Shown: in pieces, positions 1 through 9,951 of the stretch | How the letters are laid out: every line of letters begins with the position of its first letter | How positions within the stretch are numbered: the stretch's first letter is position 1 | Origin: an uncultured Rikenellaceae bacterium | Lineage (GTDB): Bacteria > Bacteroidota > Bacteroidia > Bacteroidales > VadinHA17 | Length of the DNA stretch: 64,000 bases | Direction of reading: 5' to 3' | Assembly (NCBI GenBank): GCA_964613785.1 | Contig: CAZTJT010000012.1 | Location: forward strand, 37,065 to 101,064 | Notes under the pieces: generated by a model | What the model was told of the DNA's origin: nothing | The model's database searches: none | What the model saw: only the letters and a program-made list of their open reading frames with translations | Made by a program: the position numbers and the translations under genes

Positions 1-1
1 A

Positions 2-487
2 GCCGCTTATATTGCAACAAAGTTCGGAAACATAATGGATTTCCTCCAGACCATATTCTCTATGATTAATGCTCCTCTTTTTGCAGTGATCTTCCTGGGT
101 ATGTTCTGGAAACGAACAACAGGACATGCCGCATTTACTGGGCTTCTCTCAGGATTCCTGATGGCTCTTGTCCATCACGGACTTACAGTTCCAGACGGTG
201 CAACAACTCTTGTAAAGGGCGGATGGATAGCTGTTGTTCATACCTATCCGGTAGAGATGGCACAAAACTTCTGGACTGCAATAATTGCATTCAGTGTTGC
301 TACCCTGGTTACAGTAGTACTTTCCCTTCTGACCCGTAAGATAAAAACTGATGAAGATCTGCGTGGTTTGGTCTATTCTCTGACTCCAAAACTGGTCGAA
401 GAGAATGCTGCATGGTATCAGCGTCCTGTCGGACTGGCTGTAATTGTTGCCGTAATATGTGTAATTTTAAGTATAATATTCTGGTAG
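2..487 (+). CDS. Sodium:solute symporter (SSS family), C-terminal fragment; the 5' end lies outside the window
   Basis: The frame is open from nt 2 (AAYIATKFGNIMDFLQTIFSMINAPLFAVIFLGMFWKRTT...). Several hydrophobic helices match the last TMs of SSS transporters. Confidence 0.7.
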   Translation, partial: AAYIATKFGNIMDFLQTIFSMINAPLFAVIFLGMFWKRTTGHAAFTGLLSGFLMALVHHGLTVPDGATTLVKGGWIAVVHTYPVEMAQNFWTAIIAFSVATLVTVVLSLLTRKIKTDEDLRGLVYSLTPKLVEENAAWYQRPVGLAVIVAVICVILSIIFW

Positions 488-499
488 GAGGAAATCAAA

Positions 500-709
500 A
501 TGGTTGACATAAGAATACCTATAGGACTAATGTTCTCAATTCTGGGGGTTTTAATAACTGCTTACGGACTGTTTACATTTTCTAACACGGAAATGTACAT
601 CAAATCCCTGGGGATAAATGTAAATGTAATAATGGGAATCATCATGCTGGTATTTGGCCTGATGATGTTATTCTTTTCATGGAGAAGCAAAATGCAAATA
701 AAAAAATAA
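500..709 (+). CDS. Small two-TM membrane protein, co-oriented 12 nt after the symporter
   Basis: 69-aa ORF with two clear hydrophobic segments, tightly packed behind the symporter gene. No family recognised. Confidence 0.45.
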   Translation: MVDIRIPIGLMFSILGVLITAYGLFTFSNTEMYIKSLGINVNVIMGIIMLVFGLMMLFFSWRSKMQIKK

Positions 710-717
710 ACAAAGAA

Positions 718-1788
718 ATGGATCGGAGAAAGTTTATTGAGACATCAGGTGCAGCAGCCGGCGCTGCCATGTTCGGAGGAGTTACTTCAGGAACAATTCC
801 TGAGATGGTCAATTCTGAACAAAAGCAATCAGGAAAAGCAAAAATAAAAATCGGCTTGTATTCGATTACTTACGGAGGCATATGGTATAAGGGCGATGCA
901 CTTTCATTTGAAGAAATGTGCAGGAGGGCAAAGGAATTCGGATTTGACGGTGTTGAGCTTGATAACAAGCGTCCGATGGGTAATCCGATGGATCTTAACC
1001 AGCGCAGGCGGGATGAGATGCGCGATGCCCTTGCAAAATACGGGCTGGATATACCATGCGTGGCTGCAAACAATGACTTTTCAAGCCCTATACCCGAACA
1101 CAGGGAATGCCAGCTGCTGATGGTAAGAGAAACAGCCAGACTGGCTAAAGATCTTGGTGCAAAGTATGTAAGACTGTTTGCAGCCTGGCCAGGAGTGCCA
1201 ATCCACGAGGGAATAGGTACTTACGAGCTTGTAAGAGGTGACTATTACACATTTCAGCGGCAATATCCATTTGCTACCCGGCTTGACCGTTATAACTTCG
1301 TAAAGGATTGCCTCAGGGAAGCAGCAAAAATGGGAGAGGAGTCTGGAATCATAATGGTGTTGCAAAACCATGCTCCGCTCATAAGAGGATGGAAAGACAC
1401 TCTTGACCTTGTCAGGGAAGTAAATTCTCCATGGCTGAAAGTTTGTCTTGATCTGCCTATTTTTGAGAACCTCAACAAAGATTATGTTGCCAATGCAGTA
1501 AAGACTGTTGGAGCATTGCAGGTACATTCCCATTACGGTGGAGAATATTACCGCGACAAGGATGGAACAGTTAAACCATTGGTTCTGGAGTATTATGCTA
1601 ACAGGCAGATTCCTGATTATGAACATTATATATCCCTGATGAATGAAATAGGCTATGAAGGATATTTCACTTTCGAACTGTGCCACCAGGTTCTTAAGGA
1701 AGATCATACAATTGCCGGAATCGAATATGTTCATGAACAGGTAAGACTGGCAAGAGAATATATGGCAAAAATCATTGGAAGATGGTAA
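718..1788 (+). CDS. Sugar phosphate isomerase/epimerase (xylose isomerase-like TIM barrel) with a Tat signal peptide
   Basis: Start chosen at MDRRKFIETSGAAAGAAMFGG (twin-arginine signal) rather than the upstream ATG at 679. The FGFDGVEL and later His/Glu-rich motifs resemble the AP_endonuc_2/TIM-barrel family. Confidence 0.7.
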   Translation: MDRRKFIETSGAAAGAAMFGGVTSGTIPEMVNSEQKQSGKAKIKIGLYSITYGGIWYKGDALSFEEMCRRAKEFGFDGVELDNKRPMGNPMDLNQRRRDEMRDALAKYGLDIPCVAANNDFSSPIPEHRECQLLMVRETARLAKDLGAKYVRLFAAWPGVPIHEGIGTYELVRGDYYTFQRQYPFATRLDRYNFVKDCLREAAKMGEESGIIMVLQNHAPLIRGWKDTLDLVREVNSPWLKVCLDLPIFENLNKDYVANAVKTVGALQVHSHYGGEYYRDKDGTVKPLVLEYYANRQIPDYEHYISLMNEIGYEGYFTFELCHQVLKEDHTIAGIEYVHEQVRLAREYMAKIIGRW

Positions 1789-1791
1789 TGT

Positions 1792-2829
1792 ATGAGAGGT
1801 TTTGCCAGCGACAATAATGCAGGTGTGCACCCGCATATCCTGTCAGAGATTAACCGTATTAATGATGGGCATACCATAGCATATGGTTCAGATGAGCATA
1901 CTGATAAGGCAAAAGCTCTCTTCAGAGAAATCCTGGGAGAAAAGACTGAAACTTATTTTGTTTTCACAGGTACTGCTGCCAATGTTCTGGGTCTTAGCAG
2001 TATAGCCAAATCGTGGAATTCAGTTATTACAGCTTCATCTGCTCATATTGAAGAGGATGAATGTGGTGCTCCCGAAAAATTCATTGGCTGCAAAGTGCTT
2101 ACCGTTGATACTCCCGATGGCAAAATTACACCAGTATTGATTGAAAAGCATATGCACGGATTTGATTTTGAACATCATTCGCAGCCGGGGGTCATTTCCA
2201 TAACACAGGCAACCGAAATGGGCACTGTTTATACCACTGCCGAGATAAGGAGACTGGCTGATTTTGCCCATGCCAAAGGCATGTATCTTCATATGGACGG
2301 TGCAAGAATAGCCAACGCTGCAGTTACACTGGATCTTCCATTTAAGGCATTTACAACTGATGCAGGAGTGGATGTGCTTTCATTCGGAGGTACAAAAAAC
2401 GGAATGATGTACGGAGAGGCAGTATGTTTCCTTCGGGAAGGCATTTCAAAGGATTTTAAGTATATCAGGAAGCAGGGAATGCAGCTCGCATCGAAAATGA
2501 GGTATATTTCTGCCCAGTATAATGCATATTTCAGCAATAATCTCTGGAAGGAGTGCGCCTCACATTCCAATTCGATGGCCAGGATTCTGGCCGGGAAATT
2601 AATGGAATTCAGCGAACTAAAGATCACACAGCCGGTGGAGGCTAACGGGATATTCGTTATTATGCCTGCTGATCTGGCAGAAAAGATAAGAAAGTATTAC
2701 TTTTTTTATCCGTGGGATGAAAGTATCAGTGAATACAGACTTATGACAAGCTGGGATACCACTACAGATGATATTGAAGGGTTTGTGGCACTGCTCAGGA
2801 AAGAGATTGAAAAGATAAATAGAGAATAG
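1792..2829 (+). CDS. ltaE: Low-specificity L-threonine aldolase (beta-eliminating lyase / PLP fold type I)
   Basis: The N-terminus MRGFASDNNAGVHPHIL is the typical threonine aldolase start (F.SDN..G.HP). GTKNG carries the PLP lysine. Length is 345 aa. Confidence 0.8.
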   Translation: MRGFASDNNAGVHPHILSEINRINDGHTIAYGSDEHTDKAKALFREILGEKTETYFVFTGTAANVLGLSSIAKSWNSVITASSAHIEEDECGAPEKFIGCKVLTVDTPDGKITPVLIEKHMHGFDFEHHSQPGVISITQATEMGTVYTTAEIRRLADFAHAKGMYLHMDGARIANAAVTLDLPFKAFTTDAGVDVLSFGGTKNGMMYGEAVCFLREGISKDFKYIRKQGMQLASKMRYISAQYNAYFSNNLWKECASHSNSMARILAGKLMEFSELKITQPVEANGIFVIMPADLAEKIRKYYFFYPWDESISEYRLMTSWDTTTDDIEGFVALLRKEIEKINRE

Positions 2830-2880
2830 TGATAACAAATATCACAATTATCAAAAGTTTTAAATTTAAGGATCCGGGGT

Positions 2881-2919
2881 AAAAAAAAGCCGTTTCAGAT
2901 ATTCTGAAACGGCTTTTTG
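2881..2919. terminator. Bidirectional rho-independent terminator between convergent ltaE and tonB
   Basis: aaaaaaaAGCCGTTTCAGAtattCTGAAACGGCTtttt: an 11-12 bp stem flanked by an A-run and a T-run. Confidence 0.8.
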
Positions 2920-2934
2920 GTTATTGGAACTTAT

Positions 2935-3714
2935 TTATTTAAGAGTAAAGTTTATTGGTACCATGTACCATACAGGAACAGGTTTTCCTCCCTGTTTGCC
3001 TGGTTTAAACGAAGGAAGTGTCTGTACAACTCTAATAGCTTCTTTATCAAGCTCAGGATCAACGCCCTTAAGAATGGAGACCCTGTCAACAGTGCCTTTT
3101 GATGTAACACAGAATCTGACAATTACCTTTCCCTGAATGTTGTTTTCCTTTGCCACTTCAGGATATTGAGTGTTTTCAGCAATATATGCCAGAAGTGCGG
3201 CATCACCACCGGGGAACATGGGCATTTCCTCAACGACCACGAATGGTTCTGCTTCGGGTTCCTCTTCCCGAACTTCCTCCTTGACCACTTCAACTATTTC
3301 AACAACTTCTTCATCCCTGACTTCAATCTGTGCCTGGTCAGCAGTCATCAGCTGAACGGCTTCCTCAGGTTTTACAGAGTCAACCACAACCGGAGGTACA
3401 TATCTCGCCTGCTGAACTGCATCTTGTGGAGGAGGCGGAGGGGGTGGAGGGGGAGCTATCTGTTCCGCAGGCTGGTCAAGGTTTTCCATCTTAATTTCGA
3501 CCTGCCGTTCAGCACGCTTGGATCTGTTCTCTGCAGCCTTTGCGTTCAGATAGGGTATAAGGATCGCAGTACTGAAAATAATTACCGCAATAACCATCGA
3601 GATAATTACATTCCGTTTGTATTTCTTCCTTAGTTTGTAAGCACCGTACTCCTTATTCCTCATTTCGAAGACTATATCGTCGAAAGAAGGCGCAATGATC
3701 TTTTGTTTTGCCAT
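2935..3714 (-). CDS. tonB: Energy transducer TonB
   Basis: N-terminal membrane anchor, a proline run (APPPPPPPPQ), an acidic linker and a C-terminal TonB_C-like domain (YPEVAKENNIQGKVIVRFCV...G.V....IL.G). It is the last gene of the exbB-exbD-exbD-tonB string. Confidence 0.85.
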   Translation of the reverse strand: MAKQKIIAPSFDDIVFEMRNKEYGAYKLRKKYKRNVIISMVIAVIIFSTAILIPYLNAKAAENRSKRAERQVEIKMENLDQPAEQIAPPPPPPPPPQDAVQQARYVPPVVVDSVKPEEAVQLMTADQAQIEVRDEEVVEIVEVVKEEVREEEPEAEPFVVVEEMPMFPGGDAALLAYIAENTQYPEVAKENNIQGKVIVRFCVTSKGTVDRVSILKGVDPELDKEAIRVVQTLPSFKPGKQGGKPVPVWYMVPINFTLK

Positions 3715-3733
3715 ATCAATAAAGGTTTACGGG

Positions 3734-4405
3734 TTAATTTGATGAAGTCTTTGTGGCAGAAGAAGCTATTCCAGCAGCAATTTCCACCATCTTTTCTTCA
3801 TACCATGCGATATCAACGAATGTATAACGTGCTATTCCGCAGATATTCATTTCATCCAGAATATCTACAAAGTTGCCATAATTAGCCCCTTTATAGGCTT
3901 TAATCAGAACAATAGGCCCGGTATCATCATCTCTTTTCAGTTTACTTATGGAGCTTTGCACGGAATCCTGGGAAATGACCAGTTTTCCTGTTATGACCTG
4001 CTGATTGAAGTCATCAATTTTCTTGAAAAGAGCACGGTTTCTTTCAAGCAGCATCTGGCGTATCCCGCTAGGGCTGAAATCTGTCTCGTTAAGGGGAGGC
4101 AGATTATTGTAATCCTCTGGTTTAACTGATCCGGGATAGGTGTAAACTTTATCGTCCGGACCAAGAATGATATTCAGAGTACGGCTTGCCGAAATTTTCG
4201 GGGCTTCTTGCTTTGTCGGGTCCTTGATCTTCTCGGGAAGAACAATTTCCATGATCTTGGCTTTGCTGAAAGCCGTCGTAAGCATAAAGAACGTGATGAG
4301 CAGACACATAAGGTCAACCATCGGCGTCATGTCTATACGAGGTGGATGCTTCTTGGCTTTCTTTTTCCCACCTTTACCTTTTTCCTCAACTATTACCTCT
4401 GCCAT
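3734..4405 (-). CDS. exbD: Biopolymer transporter ExbD/TolR family
   Basis: IDMTPMVDLMCLLITFFMLTT is the ExbD signature region with a single TM. It lies adjacent to exbB. Confidence 0.8.
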   Translation of the reverse strand: MAEVIVEEKGKGGKKKAKKHPPRIDMTPMVDLMCLLITFFMLTTAFSKAKIMEIVLPEKIKDPTKQEAPKISASRTLNIILGPDDKVYTYPGSVKPEDYNNLPPLNETDFSPSGIRQMLLERNRALFKKIDDFNQQVITGKLVISQDSVQSSISKLKRDDDTGPIVLIKAYKGANYGNFVDILDEMNICGIARYTFVDIAWYEEKMVEIAAGIASSATKTSSN

Positions 4406-4406
4406 A

Positions 4407-5045
4407 TCACTGCTGTATTTCTTCCAGGTTTATTTTAATAGCTTCAAGATTTGTAACAAGGTTGAATCTGTTAACATTTCTCTCCTGCAAAATATCCAGA
4501 GTTTTCTTTACGATTGGAAACCCTGTTTTTGAATCACCTTTAATACAGGCCTGAACGTTTGGATTCACCAAGCGTATTGCAACGATCCAGTTAGCAAGCT
4601 GATTGTCGGTTGAATCTATGGGGATACCTGTTTGCAATGCTTTCCTGTCATCCGCATTATCCGCATTCAGAAAATCTTTCATCTTCTGTATGGGTACACC
4701 GATAGATGATGGATATTTTTCAAACTCTCTGAGCTCTTTCTCGGTAAACTCAATATTGTAGCGTTTACCCATTTCTGCGAGAATTTTCGGCCTGAATTTG
4801 AGAAGAGTATCCGGGCCGTTATCCATATTCAGAAAGATCTTATCATCAGTGGATAGCAGAAAAGTCATTGTATTAAAGTCCGGTATCGGTTTTTCTGATA
4901 TTGAAAAAGGTGTATCGACAGTTGCCGGTTCCGGTTGTCTCATTGTTGTGGTGAGCATTAGAAATGTAAGCACCACGGCAAATGTGTCAACCATAGGGGT
5001 CATGTCGATGTGGGGCGACTTGGTTGGTAATTTGATCTTTGGCAT
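4407..5045 (-). CDS. exbD: Biopolymer transporter ExbD/TolR family (second paralog)
   Basis: IDMTPMVDTFAVVLTFLMLTT motif. There is a 1-nt gap to the next exbD. Confidence 0.8.
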   Translation of the reverse strand: MPKIKLPTKSPHIDMTPMVDTFAVVLTFLMLTTTMRQPEPATVDTPFSISEKPIPDFNTMTFLLSTDDKIFLNMDNGPDTLLKFRPKILAEMGKRYNIEFTEKELREFEKYPSSIGVPIQKMKDFLNADNADDRKALQTGIPIDSTDNQLANWIVAIRLVNPNVQACIKGDSKTGFPIVKKTLDILQERNVNRFNLVTNLEAIKINLEEIQQ

Positions 5046-5085
5046 CTCTTTTCTTTTTAATGATTTTTAACCAAAAGATTCATTA

Positions 5086-5904
5086 CTACTTGTCTTTCAA
5101 TGAGGCAGCAAAATTCTGTGTCAGGCTGAACCCTGCTTCATCAATTTTGAATGTGTATGAGTCAATATTTGTTGTAAAATAGTTGAAAGCAAGAATCGAC
5201 AGTGTTGATCCTGTGATACCAAATGCTGTGTTTACAAGTGCTTCTGAAATACCTTGTGACAGAGCAAGGGCATCAGGAGCGCCTGATTGTGCAAGTGCAG
5301 CAAATGCACGGATCATACCGAGAACAGTTCCGATAAGACCAATAAGCACTGATACTGATGCGAGTGTTGAGAATATTACCATGTTCCTTGAAAGCATTGG
5401 CAATTCGAGTGCTGTAGCTTCTTCGAAAGATTTCTGTATCGACAGAATCTTCTGGTCTTTTTCCAGCTCTTTGTCTTTTTGAAGGTCACGGTAACGAGAC
5501 AAACCAGCTCTCATCACATTTGCAAGCGAACCTTTCTGTTTGTCGCAGGCTTCAATAGCTTCCTCAATTTTATCTTCAGCGAGCAGGTTCTGGAGATTGC
5601 GTACGAAGGTATTCAGCCTTCCTTTACCTTTTGCCCTTGAAAGAGTTATTGCCCTTTCAAAGATGAAGATGATAAGGGTAAGCACACATGTCATGAGGAT
5701 TGGAACAATGAAACCTCCCTTGTAAACTATTCCGAGATAGTTGCCCTGTAAAGCATGCCCTTTAGGATTACCACCTTCGAAGTTTACTGGGTTCCCCATC
5801 ACATTGACAAACAATAGATAGGAAACCACAAAAGCTATTAAAATAGCACTTACTGCAAAGATATTCTGCAGCGCTTCTTTGAACGAACTTCCTTGTTTAC
5901 TCAT
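5086..5904 (-). CDS. exbB: MotA/TolQ/ExbB proton-channel protein
   Basis: Three TM segments and the C-terminal LIGTVLGMIRAF...ISEALVNTAFGI motif typical of ExbB/TolQ. Confidence 0.85.
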   Translation of the reverse strand: MSKQGSSFKEALQNIFAVSAILIAFVVSYLLFVNVMGNPVNFEGGNPKGHALQGNYLGIVYKGGFIVPILMTCVLTLIIFIFERAITLSRAKGKGRLNTFVRNLQNLLAEDKIEEAIEACDKQKGSLANVMRAGLSRYRDLQKDKELEKDQKILSIQKSFEEATALELPMLSRNMVIFSTLASVSVLIGLIGTVLGMIRAFAALAQSGAPDALALSQGISEALVNTAFGITGSTLSILAFNYFTTNIDSYTFKIDEAGFSLTQNFAASLKDK

Positions 5905-6090
5905 TTTTATCGATTTTGGTTAGGTTAAAATTTTAATGATCTGCAAATATATATATTTTCAATTTTTTTTTCCAACTGCTCAAAAAAATATTATCATTTT
6001 TAAATGTTTAGATGCTGCCATATAAACGTTAAGAGATTAAATGAAGCAAAAATTTCAAGAAATGAAATACAATCTGTATATATTTTATGG

Positions 6091-6124
6091 CTGCAGCCGG
6101 AATGATAACATCTTCCGGCTGCAG
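6091..6124 (-). terminator. Hairpin terminator downstream of the TPR gene
   Basis: CTGCAGCCGGAA-N10-TTCCGGCTGCAG, a 12-bp perfect stem 9 nt after the stop. The U-tract on the minus strand is weak. Confidence 0.5.
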
Positions 6125-6132
6125 TAACCGAT

Positions 6133-8430
6133 TTATTGTTCAAGCTTTATGTTATATACCCTTGATTTGGTAATTTCCACCTCTTTGGTTTTATAGCCCT
6201 TGGCACTTATAATGAGGATTTCCGATCCCTGAGGTATTTCAAACTTGTACTCACCTTTGGTATTTGTAAGATTTTCAGCAGCAGTGTCTTTCACTCTTAT
6301 TGAGGCATAAGGGATAGGCTGACCTGCTGAGTTGGTGACGACTCCCTTGATCTCGTTGGGATTGATCCCTTTCTTTACTGATGCCTGATAATCCTGAACC
6401 CAGCGCAGCGTGCTTTTTGCCGATGCATTGGCAGGATCGAGGGCAAGTATATTTCCATAAATTTCTGCCGCTCTTCCAAGAAATGCAAGCTTGCCTTCAA
6501 GAGTTTTTTCCTGTCCGGCAGCTCTTGTTTCTAGGTTGCCAAGTCCATTTAGCCCTCTGATCTTGTATTCCTTGTTATCGGGAGCAATATTTATCATTCT
6601 GTTGTAATAATCTTTAGCTTTGGTGTAATTACCGTTCTCCATATTCAGATAGCCAAGATATGTGAGTGCCTCTACCATTTCACCGGCATTTTTAACCGAA
6701 TCTCTGGAGGCAATATTAAGCAGTTTCTCAAATTTTGGTTTAGCAAGCCCCAGCTTGGTATCGGGATCCATTCTTGAATAAGTGCGGGCTATATATACGT
6801 ATGCGGGCAAATAGTCGGGATCCTTTTTGATTACTATATTGAATATTGAATCGGCTGACTTGTAATTCTCTCCGTTGTAATAGGCTCTTCCAACCTGCAT
6901 GTAATCAGCCAGATTGTTTTCTTTGTCGGGATCAATAAGCTTGGCCCATGTTTTGGCAGCATTATCATATCTTCTGTAAGCATAATAATTTGCTGCTATT
7001 TCGCTGAGAAGTGCCCGTTCTTTTGAAGAATATGTTGAACTGCCGGAATCCTTGCGATCAAATTCAAGCGCTTTGTGGTATTCGGCAAATCCCCTGTCAA
7101 TTTCCTTTGAAGCTTTGGATATTTCACTTTCGAGATTTGCAATTTTGGATGTAAGCTCATCTACCGATGCTTTATATTTTGGCTTTTCTGCTGCGGGTGC
7201 AACATTAAGTCTTGATTTTTCCCTCTCAAGCTGAGGCTTCAGGTTATTGAGCTCATCAATCATCTTTGTGTAATTCTGATTCTTCTTTAAAAGTATCCTT
7301 GCCATGTAATGATAGTCTTTCTGAAGGATAAATTCAGGTTTGACCGTTGCGAAGAGCTTTTCCATATATGCAAGTGCCTTTTCGTAATCAGGATTTTCTT
7401 TCTCAAAGCAGGAGTAACCTGCAAGTCGGTTCATATATGCTCTTGAATCGTCAACTTTGAGGATTTCCTCAACGTTCTTAATAACTTCATCGTAGTCGCC
7501 TGCATAAAATAGAGAGTTTACGTACCTGGTCTTTGCGGGTATGTTGCCGGCTGTGAGGTCGAGATACTTTTTGAAATTGGCTTTTGACTGCTCTAGCCTG
7601 CCGGCCCTCCAGTAAAGCTGTCCAAGTTCACGGTATGCCGGTGCATAGTCAGCATTCAGGTTTATAGCTTCCTCAAAATATGGAATGGCCGATTGAAGTG
7701 CACGTCCCTTTACATAAACATAACCAATCTTCATATTTGCTGTGGAAGAGGTGGGATCGGCAAACTGAGCCTGATTATAGTTCCTTATTGCATTCGACCC
7801 GTCATTTACAAGCATATAAATGTCTCCTGCAATAAGGTAATTATCTGCATTCTTGTTGTCGATCTTTAGCGCCTGTCTGATGAGCGGCAATGCTTTGGAA
7901 GTATCAACAGTATTGTTCTTTAAATTCATATAGGATTCGGCAATTTTAGCCAGAGCAAATGCATAATCCTTTGCGGGAGGGTTGATCTTTTTCAGACTCT
8001 TGAATGGCAGGAGAAAACTCTTTGCCTTTGCCCTCATCTCTTCGGCTTTACCCTCATCTCCCAGGTAACTTGCTACTTTTGCCAGTCCTACATAATTCAA
8101 TGGATCACTGGGATTGACTTCCACTCCCTTCTGATATACCTCCTTGGCCGCCTTCGTAGCGACAACGAGAGAATTTGATATAGTATCTGAAAAATATTCA
8201 AGAAGGTAATTTTCTCCGAGGTAAAAATATACCTTACTGTTTGATGGTTCTTTCTTTATCAGTTCCTTCAACATTGCATCAGCTTTATCATATTGCTCAC
8301 TTCTTGTAAGCTTAATGGCAGATGCCAGATCCTGCGCATTAAGATTACCTGCCAGCAAAAACAATAAAAGGCCTGCCATCAAACCAACCGGATTTAAAAT
8401 AAATCGTTTCATAATTCTATAGTTTATCAT
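6133..8430 (-). CDS. Secreted multi-TPR protein with a C-terminal carboxypeptidase-regulatory-like (CarboxypepD_reg) domain
   Basis: Signal peptide (MKRFILNPVGLMAGLLLFLLAGNLNAQ; an alternative start at 8412 is likely). There are many A..Y/W..G TPR-like repeats. The C-terminal GVVTNSAGQPIPYASIRVKDT...TNTKGEYKFEI is a CarboxypepD_reg pattern. Confidence 0.7.
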   Translation of the reverse strand: MINYRIMKRFILNPVGLMAGLLLFLLAGNLNAQDLASAIKLTRSEQYDKADAMLKELIKKEPSNSKVYFYLGENYLLEYFSDTISNSLVVATKAAKEVYQKGVEVNPSDPLNYVGLAKVASYLGDEGKAEEMRAKAKSFLLPFKSLKKINPPAKDYAFALAKIAESYMNLKNNTVDTSKALPLIRQALKIDNKNADNYLIAGDIYMLVNDGSNAIRNYNQAQFADPTSSTANMKIGYVYVKGRALQSAIPYFEEAINLNADYAPAYRELGQLYWRAGRLEQSKANFKKYLDLTAGNIPAKTRYVNSLFYAGDYDEVIKNVEEILKVDDSRAYMNRLAGYSCFEKENPDYEKALAYMEKLFATVKPEFILQKDYHYMARILLKKNQNYTKMIDELNNLKPQLEREKSRLNVAPAAEKPKYKASVDELTSKIANLESEISKASKEIDRGFAEYHKALEFDRKDSGSSTYSSKERALLSEIAANYYAYRRYDNAAKTWAKLIDPDKENNLADYMQVGRAYYNGENYKSADSIFNIVIKKDPDYLPAYVYIARTYSRMDPDTKLGLAKPKFEKLLNIASRDSVKNAGEMVEALTYLGYLNMENGNYTKAKDYYNRMINIAPDNKEYKIRGLNGLGNLETRAAGQEKTLEGKLAFLGRAAEIYGNILALDPANASAKSTLRWVQDYQASVKKGINPNEIKGVVTNSAGQPIPYASIRVKDTAAENLTNTKGEYKFEIPQGSEILIISAKGYKTKEVEITKSRVYNIKLEQ

Positions 8431-8497
8431 TTTTATTCTTTAATGAGTTGGTTAAAACTGTTTGTCTGTTTATATATAATTCTTGTGTATTTTATTT

Positions 8498-9538
8498 CTA
8501 GTGTTTTATCTGAACCAATCTGATAGGCATTGTAGCAGGTACGAGTCCGGATTTTAATACTATTCTCTGGCCCTGTTCGGCAGTGGCCCATTGTATGAAT
8601 CCCGATCCGAGACCGCTGAAGGTTTCCCTCGATATAAGATATACTTCTCTCACAAAGGGATACGATTTGTCATATATTGATCCCTGATATGGCCTGTAAT
8701 AGGAACCGTCATTGACAAACTGCTGCGAGATTGCCAGAACATTTATTTTCTTTATAAAGCTCATGCTCAGTGAATCATCCTTATCACTGATCCAGTTTAC
8801 GCTTATTATGCCAAGAGCATCATTGTTCCTCGATACAAAATCCACAACTTCAGGATTAGTGTTTAAAGCAAAGAAATTGGGACCAAGAGGTCCGTCTATT
8901 TCGAATATCTCTCTGAAATAGCGGATATTACCTGATTTATTATTGTCGAAAATGACCCTGATTTCGCCAAGCCTGGATTTTGGATTAATCTCTTTCCAGT
9001 TAGTGATTTTACCTTTAAAAATATCCCTTATTATTTCATACCTTATAAGTGTATCGGTATTTTCCTTGTTGGTTATTAGGGCAAGAGCATCATAGGCGAA
9101 ACGGGTTGTCCGTGCCACAACAAGAGTGTCTCTGAGATATTGTATCTGATTTTCGGTCAGGTTCTTACTGGTTACCATCAATCTGACGGAATCATTCATG
9201 AAATCATTGATTACGTCATATTCAGGTTTGTATAACGGTGTTATTGTCGCATTCCTGTACAAAGATGTGAAAGTATAAATTTCAGTATCAATTATTGGTT
9301 TAAATGACTCATCAACGGCAATTTTAATGTTTCCCCTTGTAGGAGTCTCATCTGTTGCCGTTCTTATTCCACTCTGGCATGATGATGATAAAACAATAAT
9401 CAATGCAAGCAGGAAAAGCCTTTTTAATACTGAATAATCCGGATATAGAATTCTCACAGCTTTAGTAACCTTAGAATAATATTTCTGGTTGGCAATATTA
9501 ATAATTTTTTGATAATGTTTCGTTACTATCATTTTCAT
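8498..9538 (-). CDS. PstS-family periplasmic substrate-binding lipoprotein
   Basis: Lipoprotein-like LSSSCQ. GNIKIAVDESF and NNDALGIISVNW resemble PstS/PBP-like domains. The start codon is uncertain (several upstream Met codons). Confidence 0.5.
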   Translation of the reverse strand: MKMIVTKHYQKIINIANQKYYSKVTKAVRILYPDYSVLKRLFLLALIIVLSSSCQSGIRTATDETPTRGNIKIAVDESFKPIIDTEIYTFTSLYRNATITPLYKPEYDVINDFMNDSVRLMVTSKNLTENQIQYLRDTLVVARTTRFAYDALALITNKENTDTLIRYEIIRDIFKGKITNWKEINPKSRLGEIRVIFDNNKSGNIRYFREIFEIDGPLGPNFFALNTNPEVVDFVSRNNDALGIISVNWISDKDDSLSMSFIKKINVLAISQQFVNDGSYYRPYQGSIYDKSYPFVREVYLISRETFSGLGSGFIQWATAEQGQRIVLKSGLVPATMPIRLVQIKH

Positions 9539-9609
9539 AAAATTTTGTCAATTACCAAAATATTAGTAACTGAACAACTGCAAAGTGCATGCCATTTATA
9601 TTTTCCGGG

Positions 9610-9885
9610 TCAAATGTATTTGTCATCAGTGTCCTGGTAATCCCCTCTGAAAAACAATTCAACAATTTTCCTGTATGTCCTGAATGCCCTGAAAATTCCG
9701 TAGAATATGAATGTTGACCCCATTATTACAAGTAAAGCTCTGTCAAGATAGGTTTGTTTAAAGAAGAAAATCAGATATATGCCAACCCCAATATAAAACA
9801 AAACCATAAATACACTGAAAATGGTACTTATCTGATTCATTAGCCTGTTATTGTCCATATTATATTTTACATTTTGAAATTTCAA
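9610..9885 (-). CDS. Small membrane protein (2 TM), unknown function
   Basis: 91-aa ORF with two hydrophobic helices. No motif recognised. Confidence 0.4.
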   Translation of the reverse strand: MKFQNVKYNMDNNRLMNQISTIFSVFMVLFYIGVGIYLIFFFKQTYLDRALLVIMGSTFIFYGIFRAFRTYRKIVELFFRGDYQDTDDKYI

Positions 9886-9951
9886 ATAAACAAATTATCA
9901 TTATACAATCAAAAAAAAGTGATGAATTTCTTCGTAACAATAATTTGATTT

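Noticed and set aside
1081-1836. Long antisense or alternative-frame ORFs sit inside well-supported genes. Other examples are 23354-23875, 42870-43460, 60779-61438, 21288-21722 and 3166-3633.
   Set aside because: They are shadow ORFs opposite or overlapping conserved genes, with low-complexity or atypical composition and no recognisable motifs.
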